64,000 nucleotides of DNA from Felis catus (lineage: Eukaryota), in NCBI RefSeq assembly GCF_018350175.1, contig NC_058368.1, forward strand, positions 55,864,001 to 55,928,000. The letters are read 5' to 3'. The translations under genes and the position numbers were made by a program. Shown here piece by piece: positions 51,524-64,000 of this stretch. The notes under the pieces were generated by a model. That model was not told where the DNA came from and made no database searches. It saw only the letters and a program-made list of their open reading frames with translations. Positions within the stretch are counted from its first letter, which is position 1. Every line of letters begins with the position of its first letter.

Positions 51524-51733
51524 GTTTCTTTTTTTAATTAATATTTTTGAGAGAGGGAGCATACATGTGCAGATGAATGGGGGAGAGGCAGAGAAAAAGG
51601 GAGAGAGAGAATGTTAAGCAGGCTCCATGCCGAGCAGAGAGCCTGACATGGAGCTTACTCTCATGACCATGAGATCATTACCTGAATTGAAATCAGTAGC
51701 CAGGCACTTAACCAACTTCAGTGACCCAGGCAA
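51524..51733 (-). mobile_element. Old CanSINE
   Basis: Antisense tail, GA tract, GCAGGCTCCATGC...GAGATCATTACCTGA, CCCAGGCA head. Confidence 0.85.
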
Positions 51734-53149
51734 ACTTTCACTTTTTTCCCTGATAATTCCAACATGTGAGTCATTTTTTATTCTGGTTCTGATGAATAAT
51801 TCCTGCCTTTAGACTTTTTTTGTTTTGTTTTTTGCTTTGCCATATGATAAGCCTCATATTTTACTTTATTATTATTATTTTTAGAAAGCTGTGAATGTTT
51901 ATGACACAGGAAATATTGAGGCCAACATATGGACTGCTAAGAGAAGAGCATGAGTTTTCCTCATGGGTATTTTTCTTGACTTTTAGTGTTAGGATTTTTG
52001 TTAATCTATTCAGGATATTGTATGTGTTTAAATATTATCATTGATATGGTTATCAGAGGTGAAGTTTATTGTTAAAATGGGCACCAGAGGATTGAAGTTT
52101 CTTTAGTAAAACGTTTTCATCTCCCACTTGGCTCTGTATCTTCCCTTTGTGTTTCTTCTCCATGAGAATCAATCCCTTGAACACCTCCTACTGTGTCCCC
52201 TGCTATTTTTAAACAAGGCTTGTTAGTATCATTAAAATGGAGTAGCAAAGGAGAAGCTTCTCTGATTTTCTCCTTAGCTTTTCACAGACATGTAGTGCAA
52301 TATGTTTTAACATTGTTGCTTTAAAAAGAATTCTCCTACTCCCTTGGTAGACTTCTTTATCCCTTGCCTGATTTTTCTCCTTGCTGCTTCATGTATTCAT
52401 CAGTGTTGTGCTAAGGTTTTGTATACCTCCCTCATTTACCCAAATAATTAAGGGTATTTGTTACTTAGGAGATTGAGGTATGTGGTCTAGGCTGAAATTC
52501 AGTTGTTCCTCGCAACCAGTTTTCTCTAGATACAGGCTTTGGTGAATATCCCTTGTATATTAAATCTTTTCTTTTATGAGAGATAGAGAAAATAGACCAC
52601 ATTCATATGTGACCTTTTTTCTGCTCTCCCAGACATCATCATAGGAGTGGCTTTCTCTGGATTCCTTCTGAGCCTCCCCTTTGACAACCTGTTTCTGGGG
52701 GAAAAGTTTACAAGATGATAACAACTGTCCTATGACTCTGGTCCCAAGAGCTTCACACTCTTACAATAGCTAACACTCATAATCACCTATAAGCAATTCA
52801 CACCAAAAAAAAATTAAAAAAAAAATCTAGTTTAATCTCCTTTGCTGGCTTCCAGGGCTTTTGGTTGGGTATCTCTCAGTGAGGGAATGCTTGGGCCCTA
52901 TATTTGCCTGCATGTACATATGTCTAAATTCTGGGAGGGCAGTACTTTCTGTGACATCGTTTTTTCTAATGGGTCGAAGCAAATCACTGATTTATTAATT
53001 AACCAATTTTTTTTTTCTTTTTGGTGTTTAGAATCAGAGAAACATCTTTCTAGCTTTCTATTTCTTCAGGTTGAAACCAGAAGTTAGACTTTTTACTCAA
53101 TGAAGAATTAATGACTTTATCAAAAAAGACCGATTAGAGGTTCCCAAAA

Positions 53150-54600
53150 ATCTTTTATCAACTTAGTGTCATGATGATCATGTTTGTGTTTTTCAAACAT
53201 GTCTCTAGATGCAGCATGTAAAGGTATTTGAATGCGTCAATTATAGACTTCAAAAGTTTATATAAGAATTACAATAGTCAGGTTAAGAGATGTTAGTGGT
53301 GGTATAGGGAATAATAGTGAAAAGAGTATTCTTGGAGTAGTAAGTGTGTATTGAAAAGATTTGTGATATATTTGGGGAACATAATTAAAAAAAATTTCTG
53401 GTAGATTGCCAATGGACAGGGAAGGAGAATGGGATGATAAAGAGTTCTCACAGTTTTCTGTGTCTAAAATGGTAGTATCTGCTAAGATAGTAACACTGGA
53501 GAATTAGTTTGGGGATATAAGATATAATTAGCTTTTTTAACTAAATATTTTGGGTAAATTGATTCCAAACAGAATATATAATTCTATTTTTCTTTTTTTT
53601 AAATACTTTTATTTATTTTTGAGAGAAAGAGAGACAGAGTGTGAGCAGAGGAGGGGCAAAGAGAGAGGGAGACACAGAATCTGAAGCAGGCTCCAGGCTC
53701 TGAGCTGTCAGCATAGAGCCTGATGCAGGGCTCAGACCCACAAAATCATGAGGTCATGACCTGAGCTGAAGTGGGATGCTTAACCGACTGAGCCTCCTAG
53801 GCGTGCCAAAATTGATTTTTCTAATCTTGTGGATGGTTAAAGCCAATTAGAGGTGATACTTCTAGACCAGGTATTTAATTGCCAATGGGAAACACTCAGA
53901 CTTCTCTTTTCATTGGATTTGCTGTTAGTCAAGTTTAAGATTGTGGCTGCTCTCTGAATGTAGATTCCAGAATAACTGTGATTTACAGCACTGTCTACTG
54001 GCTCTCAGTGTACAAGTACTGTGAGAAAGAAATCAGAGGTTGTCATTTTAAGCTACTGAGATTAATGATGTTTCCCCCTGTAATAGCATAACCTAATCTA
54101 TGGTGACTTGTCAAGGGGAAAAGTCAATAGTTTAGATTTGAACATTGTAACTTTGAGTTACAGAAATATCTATCTTGCAGTTGGATAACTGAAGGCAAAG
54201 ATTAGAGTGGAGGCATGAGTTGGAAATAAATTAGAGAATCATCCATCCACATGTAGAAGATATTTAATACCATGGGAATAATGGATGTTGCCTCATTAAA
54301 GTTTAGAAAGACAAGAGGCAGGATCTTCAAATATTTAAGAACCAAGAGATAAAGGCAAAAGGTATCCAGTAAGAAGATAATGAAGATTAGAGTATATTTT
54401 GCTGGTCTAGAGGTTGAGAACAGAGACTATTTTAGGAAGGGGGAGAAGCCACCAACTTTACATTTTACTGAAAATGTCAAAAGAGTAATGATTAAATATA
54501 TCGCTTGAATTTTATAAAATAGAGGGCATTAGTTACCTTAAAGAAAATAGTTTCAGAGGTAAAGGAATAAGCAGAATGAAGTAAGAAAAAGAAGGTGAGA
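53150..54600 (-). mobile_element. L2 remnant, interrupted by a SINE and probably an old MaLR LTR (~53820-54110)
   Basis: Purine-rich motifs CAATAGTCAGGTTAAGAGATG, TTTGAACATTGTAACTTTGAG and GATATTTAATACCATGGGA resemble antisense L2. Confidence 0.55.
53593..53807 (-). mobile_element. CanSINE
   Basis: Full antisense SINE; weak flanking repeat AATT..TTTTTCT. Confidence 0.94.
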
Positions 54601-56393
54601 AATTCAATTTTTTATCATTCTCTGTCATTACATATATTAGACACTAGTGAATATATATGTATATTTATATTTCTGTGTATATGTGCATTATATTTATATC
54701 ACACTTGTGTGTGTGAATTTACACACATCGACACACATGTATATGTATTTACATGTGTACACATGAACTTACATGTTATATATATGTGTATACATGTAAA
54801 CTTACTTGCATAAGAAAATTATTGAGTGAATTTTTTTGTAATTGCGTATCTTCCTATATTCTTTGTACACATACCTCGAGATTTGAATTTCTTTGCCCAA
54901 ATTATTTTGCCCAAGTAAAAAGTAGTAGAGTTGGAAAATTACACTACTTTTTTGAAAAGTAATCATGATTTTGTTCCAGTAATTTATGTTTAAGTTTGTA
55001 GCTGTCATTTATTTTATCTTTTTCTTGTCTTTCTGTCTTTTCTTTCTGCTTTTTTGCTTTGTTTTATGAAAAACTTATGAACTGTAGTTTGCATTGATGA
55101 GTGGTTTCCTATACCTTTTGCAATGATTTTTAAATTATACTTTATTTTTACTTATTATTGATTTATTCTTATATTTTACATTTCTTATATACTTGTGATT
55201 ATCAATATCATAACTAAATCCATTTGTTTTGACATATATAAGATGAAAAATATAGCTTTTAGGTAATTCATCACACTGCTTTGTAATAAATTCAATCTTA
55301 CTTATAAAAACAATCTCTTATATAATCTTTAATACCACTTTAAAGAGTAATTGTATATATCCCTCTCTATCTATCTATATCTATCCATATCTCTATCTAT
55401 ATGGTCTTCTCAAAATGTTTGGAAGCTTAATTTACTCTGTTCTTTATATTAACTCATAAGAACTTTATGGTTCTATAAAGTAGGAAGAGAAAGAAGAGAT
55501 AAAAGAAGAGATCCTTATTTTTTGATCTTTATTTTTGAATGTTTTTCACATATTAGTTGACTGTATTAATAATTATTTTACTCAAGAGCTACACTTATTA
55601 TAATTATATATTGTCTCATATGTGTGTGTATGTATATATATATATATGCATTTATATTTGTATATATCTTTATATTTAAAGTTTGAGAGTGACTATTTGA
55701 GCATGCATTTTTGTTGCTTTTAACATGATTAACAACCTGATTCAATATAAATTTAGGGACCAACTGTTTTTTGTATCAAAAGCCCTTTATTAAAGTGTTG
55801 CCTTCTTTTTTTAGTAAATTTTGAGGCAAAAATTATGTTTATTTCTTCATAAATCATATTGATATTTGGTATCTAATTTTAGGATTTACATCTTCTAATT
55901 TAAAAGCCATTTCTTTTACAATATGCTTATTTTATGTTAATTTTCATTGAATTTTGAGTATTTATTATTTTGAGATTTTCTTTCATCGAGTTCTATCTCA
56001 ATTCTACTTACTTGCTATTCTACCTTAATGCAATATATAATTCTTATTTGGATGCGAGTGATATGTCCTCTGTCTGTGTGTCTCTCTAGGTTGATCATCT
56101 AGTTCATGACACAGATTTTCTAATTTCTATATATTTTTGGGTAGGAGCATTGCTAAAATTTATGCCAGTACATAACAAGCATTTCCCATAATCCCATTTA
56201 ATATAATATTTTCTTCAGTTTCACGTAAGCTCTCAACTGCAGTGTTCCAGTGTCTACAGTTCTACTGACAGTCTGTTGAAGGCAAGTACAGCTTTACCAC
56301 TGCTTCCTCTCAAAGTTCAGCCCCCACTCACTGCCTTTTACCAAAGCCACTCCCTTATTTTGGGCAGCAACCTGCTTCATGGTAATAAAATTT

Positions 56394-57123
56394 GCATCTG
56401 TTATCTGCATTGTTACGTATTGATGCCCAGTGATTTAACTTTTTTTTTACACTTATTTGTTTTTGAGAGTTCAGAGAGACAGAGCACAAGTGGGGAGGGG
56501 CAGAGAGAGAAGGAGACAGAATAGGAAGTAGACTCCAGGCTCTGAGCTGTCAGCACAGAGCCCATTGCAGGACTCAGACTCACAAACTGCGAGATCATGA
56601 CAGGAGCCAAAGTTGGATGCTCAACCAGCTGAACCACCCAGGCACCCCTATGCACAGTGATTTTTAACAACAAATATTATCTCACAGTTTCTTTGGATCA
56701 AAGATACAGAAGTGACTTAGTTGGGTGTCTCTGATTCAAGAGCTACCGTGAAGTAGAAATCAAGCTGTCAACTGCAGGTTTATCTGAAAGTTTGATTGTT
56801 GAGAGGTAAACAAGCTCATTCACATAGTCATTGACACACCTTGTTCCTTTGCCAAGTGACTCTCTCCAAAGTGCTAGTTTACAACACAGTATCCCTCAGG
56901 GTGAGTAATTGAAGAGAGATGGAGAGAGTGAGCACAATCAAAACAAAACTGCAGCCTTTTATAACCTAATCTTGGTAGTAACACCCCATTACTCCTGCCA
57001 TATTTTATTCATTAGAAGCAAGTCACTAAATCCAGTCAGTACTCAAGGGGACAGGATTAAATGATGTTGTGAATATCAGTAGATAGAAATCACTGGGGGC
57101 TATTTTAGAAGCTGTTTATAACA
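56394..57123 (-). mobile_element. MaLR solo LTR (MLT1E/F/G-like)
   Basis: TATTATCTCACAGTTTCT, GCAGCCTTTTATAACCTAATCTTGG and CCATATTTTATTCATTAGAAGCAAGTCACTAAATCCAG motifs. Confidence 0.8.
56437..56649 (-). mobile_element. CanSINE inserted in MLT1
   Basis: TSD ATGC(C/A)CAGTGATTT at 56423-56436 and 56650-56663. Confidence 0.95.
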
Positions 57124-57649
57124 AAAAGAAATTTCAGATCATACAGATACTTCTTACATCAGGAGTCAGTGAAAGAGAAACAGTATTTGTTTAGCTATTA
57201 TATATACAAAACACATTTATTCTTTGTTTAGTTAATCAAGTAAAATTATGTCACTATTTATCAATTGCAAAATATAGAAAATTTATAGGATAAAGAAATC
57301 CATCAAATACTTTGACATTGGGAAGCCTCACAGTTGCAAAATCATTCATTTCTTGTATATTTATGTATATTCATTGGTATTTTATAGAGAAGTAAGTAGA
57401 GCTTACATTAGTGATTACTGGCCAAATTCTGTTTAGATAGGACTATTATATACTAGAAATAAAGCCAGGAATGCATGGATAAACTACTAATTGAATTCTA
57501 TTTGTTTGAAGTAAACTAAACAGTTTCTACCATGGTGAGTTCAATTGTGTGATTGTACTATTTACTAAGTAATAAAGCATATTTCCATGAAGTTACAATA
57601 GAATTTATCCAGTTAATTACAATCATCAAAATTCTATTGTTGATTTCTT

Positions 57650-58035
57650 AAGTAGTAGCCACTTCACTTGGCTTAATATAATCTGCTCATTTAATGAATA
57701 AGCTAATATTATTTTTTTCCATCAGACTTCTGGTAAAATATATCAATAACATTTCTCAGTCCAACTATTTTGATACCTTTAAATATATTGCTTGAGGTTG
57801 ACAGGGTCATTGATCACCACTCTTTGGGTGTGACCCTCCTCTACACATTCTACAATTTATCAAGCATATTGATGAGAATACTATGTGAGATGGTGCCAAA
57901 AGTTCTTAGTAAAATACAGATTTGTTAGATTTTTTCTCTTTCCTCGTATCTAAGAAGCCTGTCATCCTGTCATCCTGCATGAGCAATGCATTCAATTTGA
58001 ACAAATTTGAGATAGAAAGAACAAATATGCTGCCA
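57650..58035 (-). mobile_element. CR1/L3 LINE reverse-transcriptase fossil
   Basis: Minus-strand peptides in CR1 RT order: LYFTK/TFGTISHSILINMLDK (57856-57919), QRVVIND (57806-57826), LFIK*ADYIKPSEVA (~57657-57701). Confidence 0.75.
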
Positions 58036-60328
58036 GTAGCCATACTTTATAAAAGCTTGACTAATGCTTAATGCTGAGTGTAGTGGAAGGATTGCTGACA
58101 TGAACCATTTTCACCTTGTGGAATTTAATTTGTCTACTTTTTTTTTTCCTTAGTGGAGATTGAGAATGAAATCTTCACCCATAGCGTATAAAATTTACAG
58201 TTCCCTAAGCAAAAGGTGTTGACTATAAATTTTTTCCTCATTATGCTTTCTGTTCCAATATCCTGGTCACTTACATCTATGAATGCATTATGCTTTCAGC
58301 ATGACGCATATTGGTGTTCTTGTTTGACAGCTATAGTTGACAGATGAGGACATTCTGGAGACCATTCAAGGGCTGATGCCCTTGGGTGAGGCTGAGAGGT
58401 AGATGCCTTGTAGCATGTGCAAACTAGTTTATTTTCTGTTGAAGACCATGGAAATAATCAGTAGCCTAGCTTCATAAATACCCAATATTCCACCATTGTA
58501 GTGGACAGGTTAATAACTAATAAAGCAGACTGACTCTCCAGCAGGACATCTAACATGCAAAGAAAAAAAATAAAAACGATGCTGCAAATTTTTAATTCTT
58601 CCATCTTCACTCAAGTTAGATGACTTGGCAAATAAGACAGAGAAGATTCTCTGCATTGCTAAAAGTCTCATCACAAAATTGATCTGAAATAGTATTAGAA
58701 ATACACAGTAATACATAGTCTGGAGACACTGCTAGAATAAAATCAGATAAATTCCTTTATTAAAATACATTATTTAAGGTAATGTTTATATTTTAAAGTT
58801 ACAAAAAATTGTTATCCTAGAAAGAATGAGCCTCTTATGGGTGGCATATTTTATTAGCTTTTTATATAGGTTTATCATATCTCAATAATCCTTTTTTTAA
58901 ACATAACTAGTAAATACTTTGGCAATATCAGTGCACTTACTTATAGTCAGTCCTTCTTTGGCTTATGGCATTGCTAGATATACTTTAAACATTCTTTACT
59001 TTTTATGTTACCATTTTCCTAACAAAATTTTTCATTGTAGTTAGAATTATTCCAATAATTAATTGCTATGCATAAATAAATATCTGTGCTTGCATGTACA
59101 TGCATGAGGAACACATGATCTTTTATTAATGGGAAAAGTACCATCCCTGGTTTCTGAACTAGCAGAGGAAAGTTTGCAAGCTATTGGCCACAAATCATGA
59201 GTAGTGAATTCTATTTTTATGAAGTTATATTAAAATAAAGACTTGTATCATAATTTATTTGCCCAATTTGTTGTCTAAAAATAAATGTGTAAATAAAATA
59301 GGTAATATGTTGAAACTTTTAATTATGGTTTTAAAGAGAATTTTAAAAGAGTGGCTTATAAATAAATAAAATAAAGGACATATAAAATAACTAAAAATAA
59401 GTATTCTTGTCAAAAATGTTATGTATTGTTATGGGTAACAGCAATTTTACTAATATTAATGGAAGTTAGAAGAGATATTATTTTATTATAATATAATATA
59501 TTACTTAGCATCAGCTATGAGTTACACAAAATACTACTAAGTTAAAGTTTAAATTGGAATTAACTTGCCCCAAATTCTCAAAAGAATTGGGATTTGGAGT
59601 TAGAAGATGGGATTTTACATATTCTAAAATGAATATTTTAGAAAATATAGTAAATGAAAATGCTATTTACATAAGGAGGTCTAGTAATAAAATTACATCA
59701 ATTGAGACTCTATTTCAGTAGGACAAATGAAGTTCAAAATAAAAAAGCAAGTCATTTTTAATAATATAGAAGAAACCAGCCAGAATGGAGAAGCTCATCA
59801 CAATTCAGTGGCTTTTAACTCTTTTACTAGGAGCTAGGATTTGGGCCTTAAATTTAACTTCCTTGAACCTGTAATTTAGGAGTTCATTGGCAGATTGGTT
59901 GAGGTCTTCATGGTGAATATTCTCAAATCTGGAGCTTGAAATAATGGGAACAATCAATAACTCGTTATTTTTGGTTCTTATTAGAATAGATGTTTTCTAT
60001 CACTATTAATATACAGTAAAAAGCAACTGTGGTCAAATTTTTAAAAAGATAAGCCATTACTTCTGCTGTCTTTACTGATACAGATTTTGAGCAAGTTTTT
60101 ATGAAAGAAATATTTCCTTTTCTCAGTAGAATCCACTATCTAATATCTATAATGAACAAAATAAAACTGAGCTTTTGAAAAACAGTGGTCACCTTGAAAG
60201 GTTTTACAAAGTGTACAATTACACACCAAAAACTACTAGGTTTAAGAAAAACTGATTCTAAAAATGCATTTAGTGAAATTCAGTGAACAAGTAAAATTGA
60301 CTCATACAGATGATTAATACCTTTTAAA

Positions 60329-60355
60329 CAATTTTTAATGTTTACTTATTTTTGA

Positions 60356-60406
<51 letters not shown>

Positions 60407-60570
60407 GGAGGGGCAGAGAGAGAGAGGGAGACACAGAATCCGCAGCAGGCTCCAGGCTTCAGGCTCCAAACTGTCAGCACAGAGCCCAATGCGGGGCTCA
60501 AGCTCACGCCACAGGATTATGACCTGATCCAAAGTCAGGTACTCAACCCATTGAGCCACCTAGGTGGCCC
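60329..60570 (-). mobile_element. CanSINE with long (GA)n
   Basis: Antisense SINE; diverged TSD TGATTAATA..TTTTAAA at 60311-60328 and 60576-60593. Confidence 0.94.
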
Positions 60571-62026
60571 TAGATTGATTAATATATTTTAAATCCTTTA
60601 TATTATAGTTCATTATTAAGTAAATAACATGATATTCACTTTGAGTTTATAATATGCCATGTGACAAGATGACTTTCATTACTTAGAGAAAACACTCAAT
60701 AACAGGTGGATACCCTGTTCCCAAACCACACATATTTTAACTTATAATTTCCTTGATTTGAATGAAGAGAGCCTTTTTAAAGAAAATAAAAAAAAGTTGA
60801 ACAATTCTCCACTGTACTTAATATAGTTAGTAGAGCTGCTTGGTAATTATGAAGAATAGCTGAGTCACATATATGTCCCAATAAAGTCTTTCTAAGAAAA
60901 CCAAACAGAGTAAAGTTAATTGATGTATTTTAATACAAAATACAAAACAAAGTGAGAAAATTAAATATCCTCAAAATATATCCTTAAAAAAAGAGTATAT
61001 TTTGCATGATTGCTTAACAGCCCTCAGTAGTATTAAAAACTCTCAGTTTTTAGTGAAGAGGCAATTTCCAATATTATACATTTTATAATTGATCATGTAA
61101 AACAATCTAAAAGCTAGCCATTAATAAAACACTTCTTTACAAGAAAACACTAAATATATAGAATATTATTTTAAGGTTATTTATATAAATATTAAAGTGT
61201 ATTGTAAAGTTATACTATAAACAAAGATTTACAGAATACATTTGTGCATGTGTTAATTAAATTCTCTGTAATATACTGCCTTTAACATGAAAAGTCTATG
61301 ATCATTAAGAAAAAGACAAACTAAAGAAAAATGAGTAATGTAAAAAACATGATTAATACATATATGAAAAGTTGTTCTCAGTAGTGGCAGTAAAGACAAC
61401 ACATTTTACATAAGATATTGACAGTTAAAAAAAATCTCTCTTTCTGTCTCGTATCTGCCTGTCCATTCACCCAATTTTTAGGCAGTCTCTAATGCTAATG
61501 AATATGGAGAAGTGGAAAATGTATTCTTTTTTTTTTTTGAAAATGTATTCTTATAGACTCCTACTAGAAATAAGAATAGTAATAAGCTTTTTAGAAAATC
61601 ATCTGGAAATGACTATTAAAACATATAATTTGGCATCTTTGTCTTGTATTTTATTTCTTAATTATAAAAACATTTGTATATAAGTGTATTTAGTGTAAAC
61701 TATTCTATCAAATTTGCATAATCTCATTAGGTATTAATTATTTGACTACATGTAGCACATGAATACTTAAAGAAGACATGTTTTGGAATTCTGCATGTTC
61801 TCTGAGGATGATTTGAAATGAAAATTTCAAATTTGTCATGTTAAAATGTCATAAGGGGAAAAACTAAAATCATGTGTTACAGCATCCCTTGTAAGACACC
61901 TGTAACCTAAAATCATTATTTAGAGTGTAAAGAAACAAGAAAATATTGGGAAAATTAAGCTGCCCAAAAGAAATTTTGTCCCTAAAAATAACAGTCTAAA
62001 CTTGAAGCTAAAAAAAATCCGAAGAT

Positions 62027-62231
62027 GGCGCGCCTGAGTGGCTCACTGGTTAAGTGTCCGACTTTGGCTTAGGTCATGACTTCACAGTTCTTGAGTTTGA
62101 GCCCTGTGTTGGGCTCTGTGCTGACAGCTCAGAGCCTGGAGCCTGCTTGGGATTCTGTGTCTCCCTCCCTCTCTGCTCATCCATTGCTCATTCTCTGTCT
62201 CTCTCTCAAAAATAAATAAACATTATAAAAG
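62027..62231 (+). mobile_element. CanSINE
   Basis: TSD AAAATCC(G/A)AAG at 62014-62024 and 62232-62242. Confidence 0.94.
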
Positions 62232-63465
62232 AAAATCCAAAGCCAAGAAAGAACTGTTTAAAATGTGGCCCATAATGTATTTTTTATAGAGGTAATCTAA
62301 AAACTTACACAAAAAGCTTCCCAAAAGGATTACTGTAAACTGCTAATTTTTTAATAGTTATAGAAGAGTTTTATGCCCAATCCATGAATATTGGGAATAA
62401 AAGACTGTATGGAAAAATTATTTTTCAAGAATATATTTTATATTATAATGATTAGTTATATTGATAAATGCTACTTCTAAATAAATAAGTCAGATATTAA
62501 GACATCCAAACATTTAAATATTTACCTCACGGTGGAGAAAATAATGTATTAAAACTTGACTCTATTTGTTGCTATGTAGTTTCAGTCTCTCACACAGTGT
62601 AGTGAATCTACCTAAAGAAATATTTATAGAATGCAAAGTTAGTAAACAACAATTCCAGGAGCACAGTTGATGTTAAATGTGATTTGGGAATCTGAACATA
62701 TTATCGTTACTCATTTACCCTATTATTTACATTCGAAAGTAAGTTTACTACAAAGGAATGTAGTGGAATTCTTGGTATTAAGAATAAAGAAATTGATTTT
62801 TTGAATTAATTTTCTTTAGCCAAAATTAGGACATAAGATACACACATTTTCAGACTACATAATGATTTTACAAGATGTTCCAGCAAGGTAAGAGAACAAC
62901 CGGTATACATTTCAAAAGTCTTCAACAACAACAAAAACTTTAATACTGAGTTCCTTGATTAACAATACCAATATAATGAGACTTACTAACAACCAGTGGT
63001 CGCTTTCAACAAGAGTCTGCTGTCTGGTAGCTGCAGAAAATTAACCAAGCACATTACCTTGAAAATACAATAATTCCTGAGTTATATTTGCTATAAGGCC
63101 CTCTCATCATTCTACTCTGGATAGAATGCTGTAACTGGTATGCAGCTATTCAGTTGTGATATTAAAAGTATTTAATATTACATGCAGAAATGGCCCCAAT
63201 AATGACAGGGCCATAGTGCTAAATCATATTGGTTATTGGTTCTTGAGGAATCGTGGGTATGAACTCTGAAGTTAGGGAAAATGGAGGATTTTCAACTTAA
63301 GGCAAAAAGTATTTTCATTGTTTTGAAAATGGAATAGTCAACAAATTTCCAACTTGAACATTAATTTTGCAAACCCAGGACTACAAAAGAAATTATTTTA
63401 TCCTGAAATCCAATTATATTGATATTGCTACATTTCTAACTCCCAGGTTTAAAGGGAAATTTTCA

Positions 63466-63648
63466 GGGCCCGTGGGTGGCTCAGTTGGTTAAGCATCCTG
63501 ACTCAGGTCATGATCATGTGGTTCACGGGTTCAGTCCCTGCATCGGGCTCAGAGCCTGAAGCCTGCTTCAGATTCTTGTGCTCCCTCTCTCTCTCTACCC
63601 TTCCCACACTCACACTCTGTCTCTCTGTCTCTCTCTTTCAACTGAAAT
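63466..63648 (+). mobile_element. CanSINE with internal deletions
   Basis: TSD TAAAGG(G/A)AAATTTTCA at 63450-63465 and 63649-63664. Confidence 0.92.
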
Positions 63649-64000
63649 TAAAGGAAAATTTTCACTCAAGTGAAAAATTATACATATTTAAATATAACAT
63701 TAGAAACATAAATACACAGGAGGGTAAAAATTTTAAATCTTTTTAATGTACACAGTAAAATAAGCTTCATTTTTGAAATTTCATGATCAAAATTATATGG
63801 AATTTTTGAACATAATTTTTAATTCAGAAGTTGTATGAAATGTGTCTTTAACTTAAACTACTATCAACCGCAGCTGCAGGATCCCCTTATAGCAAAATTA
63901 TCCAAAAATATCTTTCCAATCCACCATAAACTGATACTTATCTACCAAGTACTGATGACTTCTGCATCAGTGTAGGAAGTAACAGTGCTAAGAAATTAAT

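Larger units (their letters stand above)
45500..53090 (-). mobile_element. Long ancient L1M (ORF2, ORF1, 5' region) with nested younger insertions
   Basis: Antisense ORF2 at 45500-46790 and 48259-48700 (TIIVGNFNTLS), ORF1 at 50638-51400 (HITGIQEREDRKNGA), 5' region beyond. Confidence 0.75.

Noticed and set aside
54640..54810. Structured palindromic element
   Set aside because: Degenerate (TA/CA/TG)n low-complexity sequence that is self-complementary by composition
15..63648. tRNA genes or a CRISPR-like dispersed repeat system
   Set aside because: The recurring tRNA-like repeat is the CanSINE head, followed by a CT tract, A tail and TSD; there is no regular repeat-spacer array and the DNA is mammalian
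1..64000. Short ORFs in the supplied track as host protein-coding genes
   Set aside because: Each is an L1/ERV fragment, a SINE read-through (e.g. GAPGW...EPGACFRFCVSLSL) or low-complexity AT-rich noise; I see no multi-exon gene structure

Overview
AT-rich, repeat-dense, non-coding mammalian DNA, almost certainly from a felid (cat-family) genome. The evidence is 21 tRNA-derived carnivore SINEs (CanSINE, including young SINEC_Fc-type copies) and carnivore-type LINE-1s. I cannot support any host protein-coding gene, RNA gene or CRISPR array; the ORF-track entries are LINE-1 or ERV fragments, SINE read-throughs or noise. Main contents: (i) a full-length but frameshifted ~5.9 kb LINE-1 (minus, 25094-31015, with TSD) inserted in an older L1; (ii) several truncated L1s, including a 5'-inverted twin-priming copy, a 31-bp micro-insertion and two copies lacking both poly(A) and TSD; (iii) an 840-bp TG...CA solo LTR with a perfect 6-bp TSD (class II/ERVK-like); (iv) two separate decayed ERV 3' ends that still show gamma-type env TM motifs; (v) older MaLR/ERVL LTRs, MER53 and Tigger2 DNA transposons, L2, and a CR1/L3 reverse-transcriptase fossil. 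Family names come from my recall of consensus sequences, not from a database search. I found no evidence of a new biological system; the interesting signals are retroelement structures and insertion mechanics.
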